Below, one piece after another: positions 47,901 to 59,552 of a DNA stretch of 64,000 nucleotides (position 1 is its first letter; each line of letters opens with the position of its first letter). The notes beneath the pieces are model-generated. The model was given only the letters and a program-made list of their open reading frames with translations, did no database searches and was not told the origin of the DNA. The translations under genes and the position numbers were made by a program. Source of the stretch: Anaeramoeba ignava BMAN (taxonomy: Eukaryota > Protista > Anaeramoebae). The DNA lies in assembly GCA_028826165.1 (NCBI GenBank), contig JAPDFW010000142.1, forward strand, positions 1 to 64,000, read 5' to 3'.

Positions 47901-50003
47901 TTAATATTAAAATTATTATTAAAATTATTTCTAAATTTGGGAATGGATTGATTACTTGGTCACTTGAACAAGAAGCCAAAACAGAACCATCAAAATTAAC
48001 AATAACTTTTCTAACCCAATCATCATGACCAACAAAAGTTTTAATACAAAAACCAGTTGAGAGTTCCCACAATTTAATAGTTTTATCTCTTGAAGAAGAG
48101 ACGATTTGGAGACTTTTTGGTAAAAAAACAACACTTGAAACATTTTCTTCATGACCAATTAAAGTTTTCAAACAATTCCAATCACCATTAGTATCCCAAA
48201 GTTTAATAGAAAGATCTGCACTAGAAGTAACAAGTATAGATCCGTCCTCACTCCAATCAAGAGCCTGGACGACGCCTTTGTGGCCTCGAAGAGTGCGTTT
48301 GTATTCACCCATCTCGTAGTCCCAAATTTTAATTGTTCCATCTTCGCTAACTGTTCCAATAAGCGTTAATTTTGGATGATATTTTATTGATACTATCGCT
48401 TCTTGATGTCCTTCTAATGTAAATCGTGATGGTGATACCGGTGTTGCGTCAGATTTTGTTTCTCGTTGCTTTCCTAATGATGTTTGACTTAGATCTTCTT
48501 CTAATTTTTTTACTTTGTTTTCTAGTTCGAGAATCTTTTTATTTAATTTTTATTTCATTTTTTTATTTTTGATTTAAATTTGATTTTCAATTTTAATTTT
48601 CATTTTTAATTTCATTTTTAATTTTTAAATTTGAATTTCATTTCAATTTCATTTTGAATTTCATTTTAATTTTGAATTTGAATTTTCATTTTAATTTCAT
48701 TTTGAATTTCATTTCCATTTTCATTTTCATTTTCATTTTAAATTTGATTTTCATTTTAATTTCCAATTTCATTTTCATTTTCATTTCATTTCAAATTTCA
48801 ATTTTCATTTTAAATTTGATTTTTATTTTCATTTTGATTTTGAATTTAAATTTCATTTTCAATTCAAATTTGATTTTCATTTTCATTTTAAATTTGATTT
48901 TAATTTTCATTTCATTTTCATTTCAAATTTCAATTTTCATTTTCATTTTCATTTTCATTTTCATTTTCATTTTAAATTTGATTTTTATTTTGAATTTGAA
49001 TTTAAATTTCATTTTGATTTTGAATTTAAATTTCATTTTCAATTTCATTTTCAATTTCATTTTCATTTTCATTTTCATTTTGATTTTCATTTCATTTTCA
49101 TTTTAATTTTCATTTTAAATTTGATTTAAATTTGATTTTCAATTTAATTTTCATTTCATTTTCATTTTCATTTTAAATTTCAATTTTCATTTTGATTTTC
49201 ATTTTAATTTTCATTTTCAATTTCATTTTCATTTTCATTTTAATTTTCATTTCATTTTCAATTTCATTTTCATTTTCATTTTCATTTTCATTTTCATTTT
49301 GATTTCATTTTAATTTCATTTTCATTTTCATTTTGATTTTCAATTTAATTTTAATTTTCATTTTCATTTTCATTTTCATTTTGATTTTCATTTTCATTTT
49401 CATTTTCATTTTAATTTTGATTTTCATTTTCATTTTCATTTTCATTTTCATTTTAATTTTGATTTTGATTTTGATTTTGATTTTGATTTTGATTTTGATT
49501 TTGATTTTGATTTTAATTTTCATTTTCATTTTCATTTTCATTTTGATTTTGATTTTGATTTTCATTTTGAATTTAAATTTCATTTTAATTTTCATTTTGA
49601 ATTTAAATTTCATTTTAATTTTCATTTCATTTTTATTTTCATTTCAAATTTGATTTTCATTTTCATTTTAAATTTCAATTTTCATTTTAATTTTGATTTA
49701 AATTTGATTACTTTTCTTTGAAGTCTTAAAACAGAATTCCATTTTCGTTCAAGAATTTTAGAAGTACCATCTTGATCAATTAAATTAGCTTCTTTTTGAA
49801 ATTTAGAAATTGTTTGATTAAAATTATGATCTTTAAAAAAACCCAATAAAGATAAATGCCTTTTTAAAAAGAAAATTTAAAATGAAAAAATAAATTAAAT
49901 TAAATTTAAAATAAATAATTGAATTTTTTTTTTGTCTTTTGGATCTTTAAATTGATGATTACAATTCTCTTCTTTGTTTTGTATTTAATTTAATTTTCTC
50001 CAT
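44909..50003 (-). CDS. LIS1: Lissencephaly-1 homolog (LisH + coiled coil + WD40), dynein regulator
   Basis: Exons 50003-49963, 49859-49712, 48534-47956, 45588-45463 and 45265-44909. [13 protein letters not shown] (LisH), [22 protein letters not shown]40s ([50 protein letters not shown]), ending in WDCR*. Confidence 0.93.
45589..47955 (-). repeat. 2.37-kb intron composed of a 12-mer (sense TTTAATAATAAT)n
   Basis: Donor at 47955 and acceptor at 45589 restore the LIS1 frame; the interior is ATTATTATTAAA on the + strand. Confidence 0.92.
48535..49711 (-). repeat. 1.18-kb LIS1 intron of (AAAATG/AAAATC/AAAATT)n hexamers (sense)
   Basis: The + strand reads TTTTCA/TTTTGA/TTTTAA repeats between in-phase splice sites. 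Confidence 0.88.
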
Positions 50004-50210
50004 TTTAAAAAAATTTTGTTTATAAACTATTATAATAAAAATTACTCGAAACTGAGAAAAGAAAAAAAGAAAAAAAATGAAATTTTTTTTTTAAATTTTT
50101 TTTTAATTAAAAAATAAAAAAGAAGAAAAAATGATTAATTTTTTTAAAAAATTATTTTCTTTTTATATTTTTTTCCTCATTAAAATATCTTCATTTAAAT
50201 TAATTTTGAT

Positions 50211-50390
50211 TAATAAAATATAATGAAAAAATTAACTAAATTCTTTTGTTAATCAAAATTATCAGTTAAAGATTATAAATTTCTTATTAAATTAAGAAAA
50301 TAATAAAATATAATGAAAAAATTAACTAAATTCTTTTGTTAATCAAAATTATCAGTTAAAGATTATAAATTTCTTATTAAATTAAGAAAA
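50211..50390. repeat. Exact 90-bp tandem duplication in the LIS1/MAN1-like divergent promoter
   Basis: TAATAAAATATAATGAAAAAATTAACTAAATTCTTTTGTTAATCAAAATTATCAGTTAAAGATTATAAATTTCTTATTAAATTAAGAAAA at 50211-50300 and 50301-50390. Confidence 0.92.
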
Positions 50391-50517
50391 AAAAATAAGA
50401 AAAAGAAAACTATAAAAAAAAAACGAAAAAAAAATAAAAAATTTTTTTTCATTTTTTTTGTTTTAATAAAAAACAAAACAATTAAAAATTAAATTAAAAA
50501 ATTTATATTTGAATTAA

Positions 50518-53049
50518 ATGGAGCATTTATCAAATAAAGAATTAATTTCTAAAATTCAAAAATATGGAGGAACAATTCCAAGAAGATCAACAAAAACTCA
50601 ATTATTAAGATTATTTACAAAATTAAAAAATCAAAAATTAATTCAAAAATCAAACCAAAATTTAAAATCAAAAAAAATTCAAACTAAATTAACAAATTTT
50701 AATTCAATTCCAATTCCAAATCAAAAATCAAATCAAAATCAAAAATCAAATCAAAATCAAAAAATTAGAAAAACAAAATCAATTGAAAATCAAAATCAAA
50801 ATCAAAAATCAAATCAAAATCAAAATCAGAATCCAAAAATTAGAAAATCAAAATCAATTGAAAATCAAAATCAAAATCAAAATCAAAATCAAAATCAAAA
50901 ACAAAAACAAAAATCAAATCAAAATCAAAATCCAAAAATTAGAAAATCAAAATCAATTGAAAATCAAAATCAAAATCAAAATCAAAATCAAAATGAAAAT
51001 GAAAATCAAAATCAAAATGAAAATCAAAATCAGAATCAAAATCAAAATCAAAATGAAAATCAGAATCAAAAACAAAATCAAAAAGAAAAATTAACCAAAA
51101 AACCAAAAAGAAAATCAAATGAAAATGAAATGGAAATTCAAACCAAACAAAATTTAACAAATTCTTCATCAGGAAAAAAAAGGATGAAAAGAAAGAAAAG
51201 CAATAAAATCAATAAAGAAGAAAATCAAAATCAAAATCAAAATCAAAATCAAAATCAAAATCAAAATCAAATTCAAATTCAAAATCAAAATCAAAATCAA
51301 AATCAAATTCAAAATCAAAATCAAAATCAAAATCAAAATTTAAAAAATCAAGAAAAAAGAAGAAGACAAAAATCTTATTCACCAAAAAAACAAACAAAAC
51401 AAAATGATGATAATTTACAAAAAATTTCCAAACAAAATTCTCAACCTTCGTTAGAAGAACTTAAATCAAGTTATAATGTTTCTTCAATTGATACACAAAA
51501 TATATATAATTTATTATTAACGCAAACAAATGTAAATCCAATTCAAATTCAAAATCCAATTCAAAATCCAATTCAACAAAAAGTTCAAAATCCAATTCAA
51601 AATCCAATTCAACAAAAAGTTCAAAATCCAATTCAAAATCCAATTCAAAATCCAATTCAAATTCAAAATCCAATTCAAAATCCAATTCAACAAAAAGTTC
51701 AAAATCCAATTCAAAATCCAATTCAAAATCCAATTCAAAATCCAATTCAAAATCCAATTCAAAATTCAATTCAACAAAAAGCTCAAAATCCAATTCAAAA
51801 TTCAATTCAAAATCCAATTCAAAATCCAATTCAAAATCCAATTCAAAATCCAGTTCAAAATCCAATTCAACAAAAAGTTGAAAAAGTTCAAAAAGTTCAA
51901 AAAGTTCAAAAAGTTGAACAAGAATATTTTAGTCCTATTAAAGAAGATAATGATAATGAAAAAAATTTTTCACATTTTCAAGGTTTTTTTCCAAATCAAA
52001 AACAAAATCAAAAACAAATTCAACAAAAAATTCAACAAATTCAACAAAGTAATCAAAAACAAATTCAAAATCAACAAAGTAATCAAAATCAACAAAGTAA
52101 TCAACAACAAAGTAATCAAAAACAAATTCAACAACAAAAAATTCAAAATCAAAAAATTCAAAATCAAAAAAGTAATCAAAAAAGTAATCAAAAAAGTAAT
52201 CAAAAAATTCATCCAAAAATTCATCAAATCCAACAAAAAATTTCTCCAAAAATTCATCCAAAAATTCCACAACAAATTCAACAACAAATTCATCCAAACT
52301 ATCAAATCCCAAAATTCCAAAAACCAAAATTCCAAAAACCAAAAAAAATTCAAAATCAAAATCAAAATCAAAATCAAAAAAAAAATTTCATTTTATCAAC
52401 TCTTTTCAAGTTATTAATTTTTTTCATTTTCTTATCAAGTTTTTTTCTTATATTCATCCATTTCCAAAATTATTTTTCCCCAATTTTTAATAATTTAAAA
52501 AATCAACTTCCTTATTGTGATAATACAGATGAAAATACAAATGAAACTCAAGAATGTAGAAAATGTTTAGAAAATGCAATTTGTAATAATGGATTTTTAA
52601 CTTGTCAAAATGATTATTTGAATCTCAACAATCAATGTATTCATCAAACAAAAGTTATTGATCATCTTCCTCAACAAATTTCTCAAATTATTAATCAAAC
52701 TAATTCTTTATTTCAAATTTCAACATGCGATTTTTTCCAAAATTCAAATATTCAAATTGATTTGAATTCAAAATTAGCTCTTTTTCAATCAATTCTCAAT
52801 AATTCATTTGATGATGAACTCAATAGAGTTTTATCAAATTTTGAAAGTATTTTAATTAAAACTGAAGGAAATGAAAAAACTTTTTGGATCAAACCAACAA
52901 TTCAAAAAAATCTCTCGTGTCGAATTTATTCTTTTTTAAATACTCCTTTAGTAATCTTGATCATTAGTTTACAAATGATTTTTCTTATTCTCATTTTACT
53001 AATTAAATTATTTATCCTATTATTTCGGTTATTTTTAAAACTATTCTAA
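50518..53049 (+). CDS. Inner nuclear membrane protein, MAN1/Src1/Heh1-like (HeH/LEM-like N-terminus, low complexity, TM - Cys-rich lumenal segment - TM)
   Basis: N-terminal helix-extension-helix-like LSNKELISKIQKYGGTIPRRSTKTQLLRLF; TM LFKLLIFFIFLSSFFLIFIHF; lumenal PYCDN...CRKCLENAIC..G.LTC...C typical of the Man1-Src1 domain; second TM at the C-terminus. Confidence 0.7.
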   Translation: MEHLSNKELISKIQKYGGTIPRRSTKTQLLRLFTKLKNQKLIQKSNQNLKSKKIQTKLTNFNSIPIPNQKSNQNQKSNQNQKIRKTKSIENQNQNQKSNQNQNQNPKIRKSKSIENQNQNQNQNQNQKQKQKSNQNQNPKIRKSKSIENQNQNQNQNQNENENQNQNENQNQNQNQNQNENQNQKQNQKEKLTKKPKRKSNENEMEIQTKQNLTNSSSGKKRMKRKKSNKINKEENQNQNQNQNQNQNQNQIQIQNQNQNQNQIQNQNQNQNQNLKNQEKRRRQKSYSPKKQTKQNDDNLQKISKQNSQPSLEELKSSYNVSSIDTQNIYNLLLTQTNVNPIQIQNPIQNPIQQKVQNPIQNPIQQKVQNPIQNPIQNPIQIQNPIQNPIQQKVQNPIQNPIQNPIQNPIQNPIQNSIQQKAQNPIQNSIQNPIQNPIQNPIQNPVQNPIQQKVEKVQKVQKVQKVEQEYFSPIKEDNDNEKNFSHFQGFFPNQKQNQKQIQQKIQQIQQSNQKQIQNQQSNQNQQSNQQQSNQKQIQQQKIQNQKIQNQKSNQKSNQKSNQKIHPKIHQIQQKISPKIHPKIPQQIQQQIHPNYQIPKFQKPKFQKPKKIQNQNQNQNQKKNFILSTLFKLLIFFIFLSSFFLIFIHFQNYFSPIFNNLKNQLPYCDNTDENTNETQECRKCLENAICNNGFLTCQNDYLNLNNQCIHQTKVIDHLPQQISQIINQTNSLFQISTCDFFQNSNIQIDLNSKLALFQSILNNSFDDELNRVLSNFESILIKTEGNEKTFWIKPTIQKNLSCRIYSFLNTPLVILIISLQMIFLILILLIKLFILLFRLFLKLF

Positions 53050-53158
53050 AATCATTTTAATTCAAATTCAAATTCAAATTTTTAATTTCTTTCTTTTTTT
53101 TTTTTTAATAAAAAATCCAAAATTAAATTTAACAAACAAATCTTTTTTTTTTTTTTGA

Positions 53159-56063
53159 TTATTTTTTAGATCGAAGAATTGAATTAATTAAATTAATTAA
53201 TAAATTGATATTTAAAATAATTGATTCAAGATGAAGTTCTCTTTCTCCTTTAAATTGTTTTTCAAGTAAATCTTCTAATGAAATTGATAAAGAATCAACA
53301 ACAGAATCTTTAAATTTAATTTGAATATCAAAAATTCCTTTTTGAGTTGATTGAACAACAAATTTAAGCCTTTTTGTTCTATAAAAATTAAATTAAATTA
53401 AATTAAATTAATAAAAATTTTTAAATTTAATTTTTACAAATTCAAAATTTATTTTAATTTACTCGCGATTTTTTAATTCTGTGCTAATAATTATTCCATC
53501 TTTTTTGAATTTTTGAAAAGTAAATTCTAAAGGATTAATAGTAAAAGATTTTTCAGAATTTTCTTGTTGATTTTGATAAAGATTATTTCTTGCAGAATCA
53601 AGAAAAGAATTATATTCTGTCATTTGGCTATTAATATAATTTTTAGATTGTTGAATTGTTTCAATATTTTTCAATAAACGATCTCTTTCGATTAAATTTT
53701 GTCTTTGTATTCTATAAGAATTTCGAAGTTCAAAAATAACATCACTTAAAAGTTTTTGATAATTATTTTCTCTTGTAATCACTCTTTTTTGTTCTAAAAT
53801 TAAAATTTTCACTTTTAATGGAACAATAAATCGATCCACTATTTTTTTGGAAACGGAAAAAAAATGATCTCTTTCTAAAATTTTCATTTCTTCTTCGAGA
53901 TATTTTCTTGAATAATTTGGGATAATTGAATCACCCATTTGCGCTTTTGAAAATTCATTTTCAATTTCCCAATCTTCTAAAATTGCATCATTTTGATTTG
54001 AACTAATTTTAAATTTTAAATTTTAAAATAAATTTTAAATTTTGAAATGAATTTTGAATTTTAATACATTTCATTTGAATTCATTCCTTTTCCATTTTTA
54101 TCAAATTCATCATCAATATCATCTTCTTGTCCATTATCTTGAATAACATAATTATGAACCAAATCAAAAAGAGAAAAATCCAAAAGATAAGAGGACAAAG
54201 TAATTGAATAAAGAAGACGTTTTAAAAGTTCTTTCGCTTCATTATAAATGGTTTGAGTTTCGGCATCACGAATCGTATCAAAATGGAATTTATTGGCAAG
54301 AAACAAAACAACTGGAGTTTCATCAATTTCTTTTGGGATTTTAACATAATCAATTTCAGCCATAATCACCCTCAAATTATCTTCTTTTGAAGGCGCAATT
54401 TTGTGGAGAAATTTCTTAAAAAGTAAATGAGTTGAAACTAATTCCTTTTGCGAAATGAAAATATTTGGTGCTTCTCTTTGCGATAAATCAAAATTAACAT
54501 CAATTTCCAGGAATTCTTCTGGTTCTTGCACTTGTGTGACCAAAAGAGTAAAATTATCAAGTATTTTGGATTTTTCTTGAATAAAATCATTCAAAGGCAT
54601 CAAAAAATTAGGGTTATTTTCCAGTAGTTTTTTTGTGCAAATATTCTGGAGAATTTTCGAAATTAACGCAAGATTTTTTTGTCCATTAAAACTAATTTTC
54701 AAATCTTTTGGAATAATATTGTATTCTTCTGGCGAGATGATTGCGGGGATGATGTACCGATAATAAACAATGTATCCAATTATTTTCTTCAATTCGTCTT
54801 CCTTGCTTCTTGGGAACTTTTTCCGAATCTCGTTATAAATCTCTCTTGAGATGTATCGAATCCCGTAAGGAAGAAGATCGAGCGAGTCTGTTATTCTTTG
54901 GATAATATTACTGCAAATTTGCTTGATTTCTTGTAAATTATTTGAATATCTTTGTCTGACATTTTCAAATTCTAGTGTTTTTTCGTGTGTCACTAAAAGA
55001 GGCAGACTTGAAGGTTTTCCTGTTCTTGTTTCTTCTTCATTGATCATGTATCGATATAAAATTGTAGTATTTAGTTCTAAATCCAATTCTTTGTTTTCTA
55101 AAAGCGGGACAATAATAGGTGACAATAAATCGCATAAAAAAGATTGGTATTGAACTCTTCGGAAATAAAATACAAATAATTGCGTGATTACTGGGTCTTC
55201 TTTTGCAAAATCTTGTGGTTCCTTTTGTCGTTTAACTTGTTCTCTAATTGCCATCTTTATAATTATAATTTTATTTTAATAATTCTTTTAACTTTTTTAC
55301 TAATAATTTTTTTACAGTAAATAATCTTAATAAAAGATATTCTTCTCTTGGAGAAAAAGCATAACCAAATAAAGTAAGAATCATGGTTTGCAAAAATTGA
55401 TTAAGTTGTTCTTTTTGAACCAAATACAAAGTACGTGCCAGATATTTAGGTTCGAGTTGCAATAAATAAAACAAATGACTGTAATGTTGCAAAACTTCTT
55501 TTGGTAAATTTTTTTCTATTTGATTAGCTAGCTTTTTTGCATTTGATTCTTCATCAAATTCTCTTATTGAAATTCGATGTTTAATTAAAAGAGATATTTT
55601 TGAATCTAATTGTTGTAATTGAAGTTGTAATTCTCTTAATTCTCGAATTTCTACAACCCATTTTTTTCTTAATGATGATAATTCTTGATTTAAAGTTTGC
55701 GAATCAAATAATGATGTTTTATTCAATAAAAATTTGCAAATATAATTTAGTTCATAAAGTGAAAGATTTTTATTTGATTCTATTTTAAATTTTTTAAATT
55801 AAATTTTTTTAATTTTATTTTAAATTTATTTTTTCTTTTATTTTTTTCTACTTAATAATTTATATGCTTTTCTAATTAAAAATCCTCGTGAAATTGTTTG
55901 TATTTTTGTTGTTGATTGTTTTTTCTTTGTCCATCTTTTTTTTTTATATAAAAGAATTTTTATATTTTTTTTTTTAATTTTTTTTTAAAAATTTTTTTTT
56001 TTAATTTTTTTACTCAATATTTTCTTTTTTCATTTTTATAAATTGAATTAAAATTGATTCCAT
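53159..56063 (-). CDS. IQGAP-related RasGAP protein (IQ, GRD, RasGAP_C), short GapA/DGAP1-like architecture
   Basis: Exons 56063-56014, 55934-55852, 55779-55316, 55254-54068, 54002-53463 and 53378-53159 join in phase. IQ motif KIQTISRGFLIR; YSHLFYLLQLEPKYLA, LFGYAFSPREEYLLLRLF, LPYGIRYI, YYRYIIPAIISPE, KNLALISKILQ; C-terminal LEDLLEKQF...NINLLINLIN. Confidence 0.88.
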
Positions 56064-56208
56064 TTTTTTTAATTATTAAATAATCTAAGAAAAAAAAAAA
56101 ATGAAAAAAATGAAAAAAAATGAAAAATAAATGTCAAAAAAAAAAAAATAAAAATAAATAAAAGTCGAATTTTCTTTTTTTTTTTAATTCATTTTTTTTT
56201 GATCAAAA

Positions 56209-56837
56209 ATGGAACAAAAAATTCTATTCAAAGAAAAAAAACCTTCTGAAAGTAAGAAAGAAAAATAAAAAGAAAAAAAACAAATTAAAAATTAATTTAT
56301 TAAAAAAAAAAAAAAGCAATTTTTGAAATTTTTCGTTCTCTTTTTTTTAAAATTCAAAATCAAAATGAAAATCAAAATCAAAATCAAAATCAAAATCAAA
56401 ATCAAAATCAAAATCAAAATCAAAATCAAAATCAAAACATTTTTCCAATTTTACAAAAAATTCTTTTTAATCTTGAAAATTTTAATCATCAATTTTCAAT
56501 TCAAATTCAAAATCAAAACAAAATTCAATTTGAAATTGAAAAAATTAATCAAAAAATTTTAAATTTCAAAAATTTATTAGAAAAAAATCAATTATTATTT
56601 GAAGAAATTGAGAATAAAATTGAGAATAAAATTGAGAATAAAATTGAGAATAAAATTGAGAATAAAACAATTTCAAATTTTCATAATATTCTTAATCAAA
56701 AAAAACAAGAAATTAATAATTTAATTCAAGAAAAAAATAAAATTATCCAAATTCAAAAAAAAAATGAATTAAAAATTGAAACAAGAAAAAATGAAATGAG
56801 AAAATTTGTTAAAACAATAAATACAAAAATTAAATAA
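56209..56837 (+). CDS. Small (99 aa) two-exon coiled-coil protein of unknown function
   Basis: TTCATTTTT element at ~56188, ATG at 56209, GTAAGA donor at 56252, TAG acceptor at 56580; exon 2 is open in phase (IENK repeats, then heptad-like helix) to TAA at 56835-56837. No homology recognised. Confidence 0.5.
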
Positions 56838-56942
56838 AAATAAAAATAAAAAAAGCAAATAAATTTTTGGTTTCTTTTTATTATTTCTAATTGAAAAAAT
56901 TAAATCGAGAAAGAAAGAAAGAAAGAAAGAAAATCTTTTCTT

Positions 56943-59552
56943 TTAATATTTTTCAAAAAGTAATTTTGAAAAATTTTTTATTCTTCTAATTCCACGAATT
57001 TCAAAAGGATTTAAAGGAACTTTAACAACATGAAAATCTTGATAAAGAACTTCAACATCAGATAAATAATTTTGTTGCATTAAAGCTCTAGAATTGCATA
57101 ATGGACAATTTTCCATAATGCAAATTGTATCATTTTTATCAATAATTTGATTATCAATATTCATGTTATTATCATTGTTATTATTATTATTATTTTCATT
57201 CGTTATTAATTCATCATCATCTATTTTTAATATTTCAAGTAATTTTGCTGATTTTTCTGGAAAAATTAATTGATTCACAACTATATTTTGTGAATGAATT
57301 CCAAATCGGAAAAGTTCTTGAACCATTCTTTCAGTTTCATAAATGGATAAAAATTCAGGAATACAAACATGAACAAAAGTAGTTTTTTCCTTTTTTTTTT
57401 TTAAAAAAAATTTTAATCAATTCAATTATTTTGATTTTTTTCATTTACAAAAAATATATATATATATACTTTGTCTTTAAATCGAGATGAAACTGTATGC
57501 ATTGCTTTAGACATTTTATTTAATTTTTCTTGATTACTTTCATCATCATCTATATCATCTTTTCCAAGAAGAGAATTTGCAATCTAAAAAACAAAAAATC
57601 AAATGATTTCCATAAAAAAAAAATTCTTGTTTCAAATTAAAAATTGAATTCACTTTTGAAACTGTATCAAAAGTATCAGGATTTAAATTTAAAATTTGAG
57701 TAAGAGGTTGATCCATTGTTTCAGAAAGAGAAAGAAATCTAATTGTATGACCAGTTGGTGCTGTATCAAAAATAATTACAGAATATTTCATTTCTGAAAC
57801 CGATCTAATTAAAAATTTTTTTTAACATGAAAATTAAAAAATTTTTTTTAACATGAATTTTGATTACTTCATTAATTGTGAAAAACTTGTCATTTCATCT
57901 ACTCCTGGAACAGAAGTTGAAAGATCGTTTAAAAGATTTTGAAAAAAACCAAGGGATTCATCTTTTTTTGCTTTTTCAAAAATTTTTTCAGATTTTTGTT
58001 CGATTTGTTTTGTTTGTGTTATTGGATCAATTTCCTTTTCATTTATAATTAATTTAATAAATAAATTTATAAATAATTTTATATTTAATTTTATATTTAA
58101 TTTTATAATTAATTTTATAAATAATTTTATAAATAATTTTATAAATAATTTTATATTTAATTTTATAATTAATTTTATAAATAATTTTATATATAATTTT
58201 ATAAATAATTTTATATTTAATTTTATAAATAATTTTATAAATAATTTTATAATTAATTTTATAATTAATTTTATAAATAATTTTATAATTAATTTTATTA
58301 TAATTTTATAAATAATTTTTTATAAATAATTTTTATTTTATAAATAATTTTTAAATATTAATAATTTTATAAAATAATTTTATAAATAATTTTATATATA
58401 ATATTTTATAATTTTATAAATAATTTTATAATTAATTTTTATAAATAATTTTATATTTAATTTTATAAATAATTTAATAAATAATTTAATATTTAATTTT
58501 ATAATTAATTTTTATATATAATTTTATAAATAATTTTATATATAATTTTTTATATATAATTTTATAAATAATTTTATATTTAATTTTATTATTTAATTTT
58601 ATAATTAATTTTATAAATAATTTTATAATTAATTTTATAAATAATTTTATAAATAATTTAATAAATAATTTTATAAATAATTTTATAAATAATTTTATAA
58701 ATATAAATAATTTAATATATAATTTTATAATTAATTTTATAAATAATTTTATAATTAATTTTATATTTAATTTTTATAAACAATTTTATAAATAATTTTA
58801 TAATTAATTTTATAAATAATTTTATAATTAATTTTATAAATAAATTTATATTTAATTTTATAAATAATTTTATAAATAATTTAATATTTAATTTTTATAA
58901 ATAATTATATAAATAATTATATAATTAATTATATAAATAATTTTATAAATAATTTTATAAATAATTTTATAATTAATTTTATAATTAATTTTATATTTAA
59001 TTTTATAAATAATTTTATAAATAATTTTATAATTAATTTTATAATTAATTTTATAATTAATTTTATAAATAATTTAATAAATAATTTTATATATAATTTT
59101 ATAAATAATTTTATATTTAATTTTATAAATAATTTTATAAATAATTTTATATATAATTTTATAATTAATTTTATAAATAATTTTATAATTAATTTTATAA
59201 TTAATTTAATAAATAATTTTATAAATAATTTTATAAATAATTTAATAATTAATTATATAAATAATTTTATAATTAATTTTTGTACCATTGCAAATAAATT
59301 AGGGACACCATTAATTTGAGTTGGTTCTTTGCCAATATGTTGGTCAAAAGTATCTGAAAGATTATGAGCGGGATCAGTTGAAATAAGTAAAACTGATTCA
59401 CGAACTTCTGCAAATTTCATTGCAATACTACAACTAATTGTTGTTTTTCCAACTCCTCCTTTTCCTCCAACAAGAATCCATTCTAAATTTGGTGCTTCAA
59501 GTAAATTTTGTAAAGTTGATTCTAATTGTTGCAAATTTTCTGTTAATTCCAT
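56943..59552 (-). CDS. GET3: Get3/ASNA1 (ArsA-family) ATPase for tail-anchored protein targeting
   Basis: Exons 59552-59286, 58034-57868, 57804-57654, 57583-57470 and 57389-56943. [65 protein letters not shown] (CxxC). Confidence 0.94.
58035..59285 (-). repeat. 1.25-kb first intron of GET3 with the same 12-mer (sense AAAATTATTTAT) as USP intron 1
   Basis: The + strand reads ATAAATAATTTT variants between in-phase splice sites. Confidence 0.9.

Noticed and set aside
46795-47955. Long IIIL/NNNF C-terminal extension of the 505-aa WD40 ORF
   Set aside because: Read-through into LIS1 intron 3; splicing at 47955/45589 restores WD40 sequence.
55932-55934. ATG at 55934 as start of the IQGAP-like gene
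   Set aside because: That frame stops quickly; the IQ motif is in frame only when spliced from an upstream exon starting at 56063.
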